Positions 60,628-64,000 of a stretch of DNA of 64,000 bases are shown here, piece after piece. Where the stretch lies: contig CBDCOZ010000003.1 in NCBI GenBank assembly GCA_965220085.1, positions 1,888,001 to 1,952,000 of the forward strand, in the 5' to 3' direction. Under the pieces are notes generated by a model. It was not told where the DNA came from and searched no databases. It saw only the letters and a program-made list of their open reading frames with translations. Positions within the stretch are counted from its first letter, which is position 1, and each line of letters opens with the position of its first letter. The translations under genes and the position numbers were made by a program. This DNA is from Candidatus Oxydemutatoraceae bacterium. GTDB lineage: Bacteria; Pseudomonadota; Gammaproteobacteria; Poriferisulfidales; Oxydemutatoraceae.

Positions 60628-61177
60628 AGACATCATCCGCTCGGCGCTGACCCTGACCGCGCTGACCATAGGCGCCGCGGCCTTGTTGATATGGACGGCA
60701 CAACTCAGTCAGGAGCGACGGACGCTCGCGCGCGACGACTACCGGCTCAAAGTCATTGCCCAAGCCTTTCCCGCCGGCTTTGACAACGACCCGGTCAAAG
60801 AAGCCGCGCGGCGCGCCGACGGCGACGCCATCTACCCGCTGTACCGCAACGACGACTTGATAGGCTATGCCATTGAAACCGTCGCGGAAGACGGCTATAG
60901 CGGCGATATACGCCTGCTCATCGCGCTGGATGAAAACCATAGAATCCTATCGGTGCGGGCGTTGGCGCACCGGGAAACACCGGGGCTCGGCGACCGCATC
61001 GATGCGACAGACGGTTGGATGAGGGGCTTCAACGGCATGCACGGCGGATTAGGCGATGCGGATTGGACGCTGATGAGCGACGGCGGACGCCTCGGCAACC
61101 TGACCGGCGCCAGCATCACCGCGCGCGCGGTGCGCAATCGGGTGCGGATGGCGCTGTCGCAAGAGGACAACCGATGA
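60617..61177 (+). CDS. rnfG: Rnf/Rsx subunit G
   Basis: DGYSGDI, HRETPGLGD, TGASIT. Confidence 0.92.
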   Translation: MRHKDIIRSALTLTALTIGAAALLIWTAQLSQERRTLARDDYRLKVIAQAFPAGFDNDPVKEAARRADGDAIYPLYRNDDLIGYAIETVAEDGYSGDIRLLIALDENHRILSVRALAHRETPGLGDRIDATDGWMRGFNGMHGGLGDADWTLMSDGGRLGNLTGASITARAVRNRVRMALSQEDNR

Positions 61178-61812
61178 GAACGACGAATCATGCCGTCTAT
61201 CCGCTAAAACCCGCGCAAGAAACATCGTGGCATGCCATTCTGCTGCGCGGGATATGGTCGGAGAACCCGGCCACTATCCGCCTGCTGGGGCTCTGCCCTT
61301 TGCTGGCGGTAACGACTACTTTGAATAACGGCATTGTGCTCGGGCTTGCCAGCGCTGTGACGGTAACCATCGCTTGTCTGCTCGCTTCGCTGCTCAGATA
61401 CAAACTCAGTCCGCTCATCCGCCTGCCGGCGTGTATCGTCATCATCGCGGCGATTGTCGGCTGTATCGATCTGTGGCTTGAAGCATTCTTCTATGAGATG
61501 CATCGCGCGCTCGGCTTATTCATCCCGCTTATCGTGACCAACTGCGCGATCGCCGCCCGCGCCGAATCGTTTGCGGCAAAAAATCCGCCGCTGGCGGCGA
61601 CACTCGACGGCATCGGCTGCGGCATCGGCATCACGTTGGCGCTATCCGCCGTCGGCGCCCTGCGCGAACTGCTGCATGCCGGCAGCCTGACAGCGGGCGA
61701 TGCGCTCGCCCAGCCGCTGTTTCTGGTCGCGGTCTTGCCCGCCGGCGGGTTTTTCTGTCTGGCTTTGTTGGTTATCCTGCAAAGAGCCGTTGCCTCGCAC
61801 AGCAACCGATGA
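61174..61812 (+). CDS. rnfE: Rnf/Rsx subunit E
   Basis: LLGLCPLLAVT, LGLFIPLIVTNC. Confidence 0.93.
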   Translation: MRTTNHAVYPLKPAQETSWHAILLRGIWSENPATIRLLGLCPLLAVTTTLNNGIVLGLASAVTVTIACLLASLLRYKLSPLIRLPACIVIIAAIVGCIDLWLEAFFYEMHRALGLFIPLIVTNCAIAARAESFAAKNPPLAATLDGIGCGIGITLALSAVGALRELLHAGSLTAGDALAQPLFLVAVLPAGGFFCLALLVILQRAVASHSNR

Positions 61813-62450
61813 AAACCGCGGACATTGAAAAAGCCTTCGCGCGCTTCCGGAGAAAAAAGCCGAAGCCGCTGACCGAGCTCAATTACGATTCTTACTTTGA
61901 ACTGCTCGTGGCCGTCATCCTGTCGGCACAAGCGACCGATGTCAGCGTCAACAAAGCGACCGCCAAGCTGTTCAAAGAAGCGAACACTCCGCAGAAAATG
62001 CTCAAGCTCGGCAAGCGCAAATTAAAAAGTCATATAAAGACCATCGGCCTGTTCAATGCCAAAGCCGATAACATCATGGCAACGTGCCGCCTGCTAATCG
62101 ACGAACACAACGGGCGGGTGCCCGATACCAGAGAGGCGCTGGCAAAACTTCCCGGCGTCGGGCGCAAGACGGCGAATGTCGTGCTCAACAACGCCTTCGG
62201 GCAGCCGACTATCGCCGTGGATACGCATATTTTCAGAGTGGCAAACCGCACCCGCATGGCGCCGGGCAAGACGCCGCGGGCGGTGGAGGACACGCTCTTA
62301 AAGCGCGTACCGGACAAATTCAAATTGCACGCGCACCACTGGCTGATACTACACGGGCGCTATACCTGTCTGGCGCGCAAACCGCTGTGCGGCGATTGCA
62401 TCATCCGTGACCTGTGCCAATATCCCGACAAAAACGATTGCAAAGCATAA
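61809..62450 (+). CDS. nth: endonuclease III
   Basis: LSAQATDVSVN, LPGVGRKTANV, AVDTH, C-terminal 4Fe-4S cysteines. Confidence 0.97.
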   Translation: MKTADIEKAFARFRRKKPKPLTELNYDSYFELLVAVILSAQATDVSVNKATAKLFKEANTPQKMLKLGKRKLKSHIKTIGLFNAKADNIMATCRLLIDEHNGRVPDTREALAKLPGVGRKTANVVLNNAFGQPTIAVDTHIFRVANRTRMAPGKTPRAVEDTLLKRVPDKFKLHAHHWLILHGRYTCLARKPLCGDCIIRDLCQYPDKNDCKA

Positions 62451-62467
62451 CGCTCGCGCCATCCCGT

Positions 62468-63080
62468 CATTCTCCCCTCGCGGGGCACGCCGCCCGCAAC
62501 ACGAGCGCTCTCCCCTCGCGAGAGGCAAGCCATGCTTCGTCCAAGACCTCCAGCACGATGCCTACAATCATTCCCCTCGCGAGAGGCACACGCAACGAAT
62601 TCGTACGCACCGGATCGCACCTCGCGTCATTCTCCCCTCGCGGGAGATATTCCTGCGCGAGCACAAACCCGACCCTTGCGCACAGCGCAACACTCTCCCC
62701 TCGCGGGAGAGTAGGCAAGCCAAGAGCGAAGCTCGCAGGCGAGCCGTGAGGGGGCGATGCTAACAATGTGCTCAAAACTACTTGCCCCCTCTCCGCATCG
62801 CCCATCGCCTGCGGCTCGGACTCTGCGACTCTCCCGCAAGGGGAGAGTGTCAGATGCAAGCGCTTTCCCCTCTCCGCATCGCCCATCGCCTGCGGCTCGG
62901 ACTCTGCGACTCTCCCACAAGGGGAGAGTGTCAGATGCAAGCGCTTTCCCCTCTCCGCATCGCCCATCGCCTGCGGCTCGGACTCTGCGACTCTCCCACA
63001 AGGGGAGAGTGTCGGATGCAATCTGTTTGCCGGCGCCGGATGCGATGGCTCTGCGACTCTCCCGCAAGGGGAGAGTCGCA
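62468..63080. repeat. REP-like palindromic cluster including ~83-bp tandem units
   Basis: CTCTCCC(G/A)CAAG(G)GGGAGAG hairpins four times; CTCCCCTCGCG motifs. Confidence 0.8.
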
Positions 63081-63142
63081 GGTAATGAGGGTATAATTCT
63101 CCGATGTGTCGGATAATGTGCGGACACTGACAAACCTTTGCC

Positions 63143-64000
63143 ATGTTTCAATCCATCAACGACCAAGTACAGCAACTCAATTCCGTCGTCTGGGGCCTGC
63201 CGATGATCATACTGGTGCTGGGCGTCGGCTTGGCGCTGAGTATCGCTCTGGCGGGTCTGCCCTTGCGCCGCATCGGCGCCGGTTTTAAGCTGCTGTGGCG
63301 CGGGCGCAAGGCGCGCGGGGAAGGAGACATCACCGGCTTCAGCGCGTTGATGACGTCGCTATCGGCGACCGTCGGCACCGGCAACATAGCCGGTGTCGCC
63401 ACGGCGATCGCGATCGGCGGGCCGGGGGCGCTGTTCTGGATGTGGATTACCGCGCTGGTCGGCATGGCGACCAAATACAGCGAAGCGGTTTGTGCGGTGC
63501 GCTATCGCGAGACCGATAAGGCCGGCAGATTCGTCGGCGGACCCATGTATTACATCAAAAACGGGCTCGGCGAGAACTGGCAGTGGCTTGGGTTTCTGTT
63601 CGCGCTCTTCGGCGCGGCGGCGGCATTGGGCATCGGCAACATGGTGCAATCAAACGCGATTGCCGACGCCCTCAACAACAAGTTTGCGCTGCCGCCGCTG
63701 GCCGTCGCCGGCGCGCTCATCGTGCTCATCGGCATCGTCGTAATCGGCGGCATCAAACGCATCGGCAGCTGGGCGAACAAATTGGTGCCATCCATGATCA
63801 TTGCGTACATCATCGCCGGACTGATCGTGCTGCTGATCCGCGCCGACGAAATACCGGCGGCTTTCAAACTCATCGTATCGAGCGCCTTCACCGACACCGC
63901 CGCAAGCGGCGGGTTTGTCGGGGCGTCGGTGTGGGCGGCGCTGCAGTTCGGAGTGGCGCGCGGCATCTTCTCTAACGAAGCGGGGCTCGGCAGCGCGCCG
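63143..64000 (+). CDS. alanine/glycine:cation symporter (AGCS family), 3' end outside window
   Basis: TVGTGNIAGVATAI..GGPGALFWMW, GGPMYYI, GVARGIFSNEAGLGSA. Confidence 0.95.
   Translation, partial: MFQSINDQVQQLNSVVWGLPMIILVLGVGLALSIALAGLPLRRIGAGFKLLWRGRKARGEGDITGFSALMTSLSATVGTGNIAGVATAIAIGGPGALFWMWITALVGMATKYSEAVCAVRYRETDKAGRFVGGPMYYIKNGLGENWQWLGFLFALFGAAAALGIGNMVQSNAIADALNNKFALPPLAVAGALIVLIGIVVIGGIKRIGSWANKLVPSMIIAYIIAGLIVLLIRADEIPAAFKLIVSSAFTDTAASGGFVGASVWAALQFGVARGIFSNEAGLGSAP

Overview
GC-rich bacterial chromosomal window, probably gammaproteobacterial (apbC-metG-rnf-nth, dcd and glnK-amtB core genes on the right). TPR, ankyrin and Ig/cadherin-like genes plus dense defence genes resemble a host-associated, sponge-type symbiont (inference). 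The left ~49 kb is a heavily rearranged accessory/defence region. It holds TA modules (HipBA-like, Phd-Doc, Fic-MerR), a complete AT-rich type V-A CRISPR-Cas12a locus (cas12a-cas4-cas1-cas2, 64 repeats/63 spacers by manual count), two intact IS481-family copies with derived MITEs and end-arrays, two AAA/DUF4143 ATPases, a BfiI-like two-MTase + PLD RM operon and a decayed GHKL-ATPase/STAS operon. Top candidates for undescribed biology: (1) a retron-like unit (promoter, ~400-nt structured leader, unannotated 49-aa hydrophobic ORF, Ec48-like RT) joined 5 nt upstream of a type III restriction-modification res-mod pair; (2) five genes sharing a synonymously conserved C-terminal [12 protein letters not shown] tail, four of them modular secreted proteins and one with a poly-G frameshift switch; (3) a Cas12a module flanked by circularly permuted pieces of one small gene, with a gene-bearing 837-bp segment between the array end and a degenerate repeat. 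All family assignments are from motif recognition by eye; no database searches were run.
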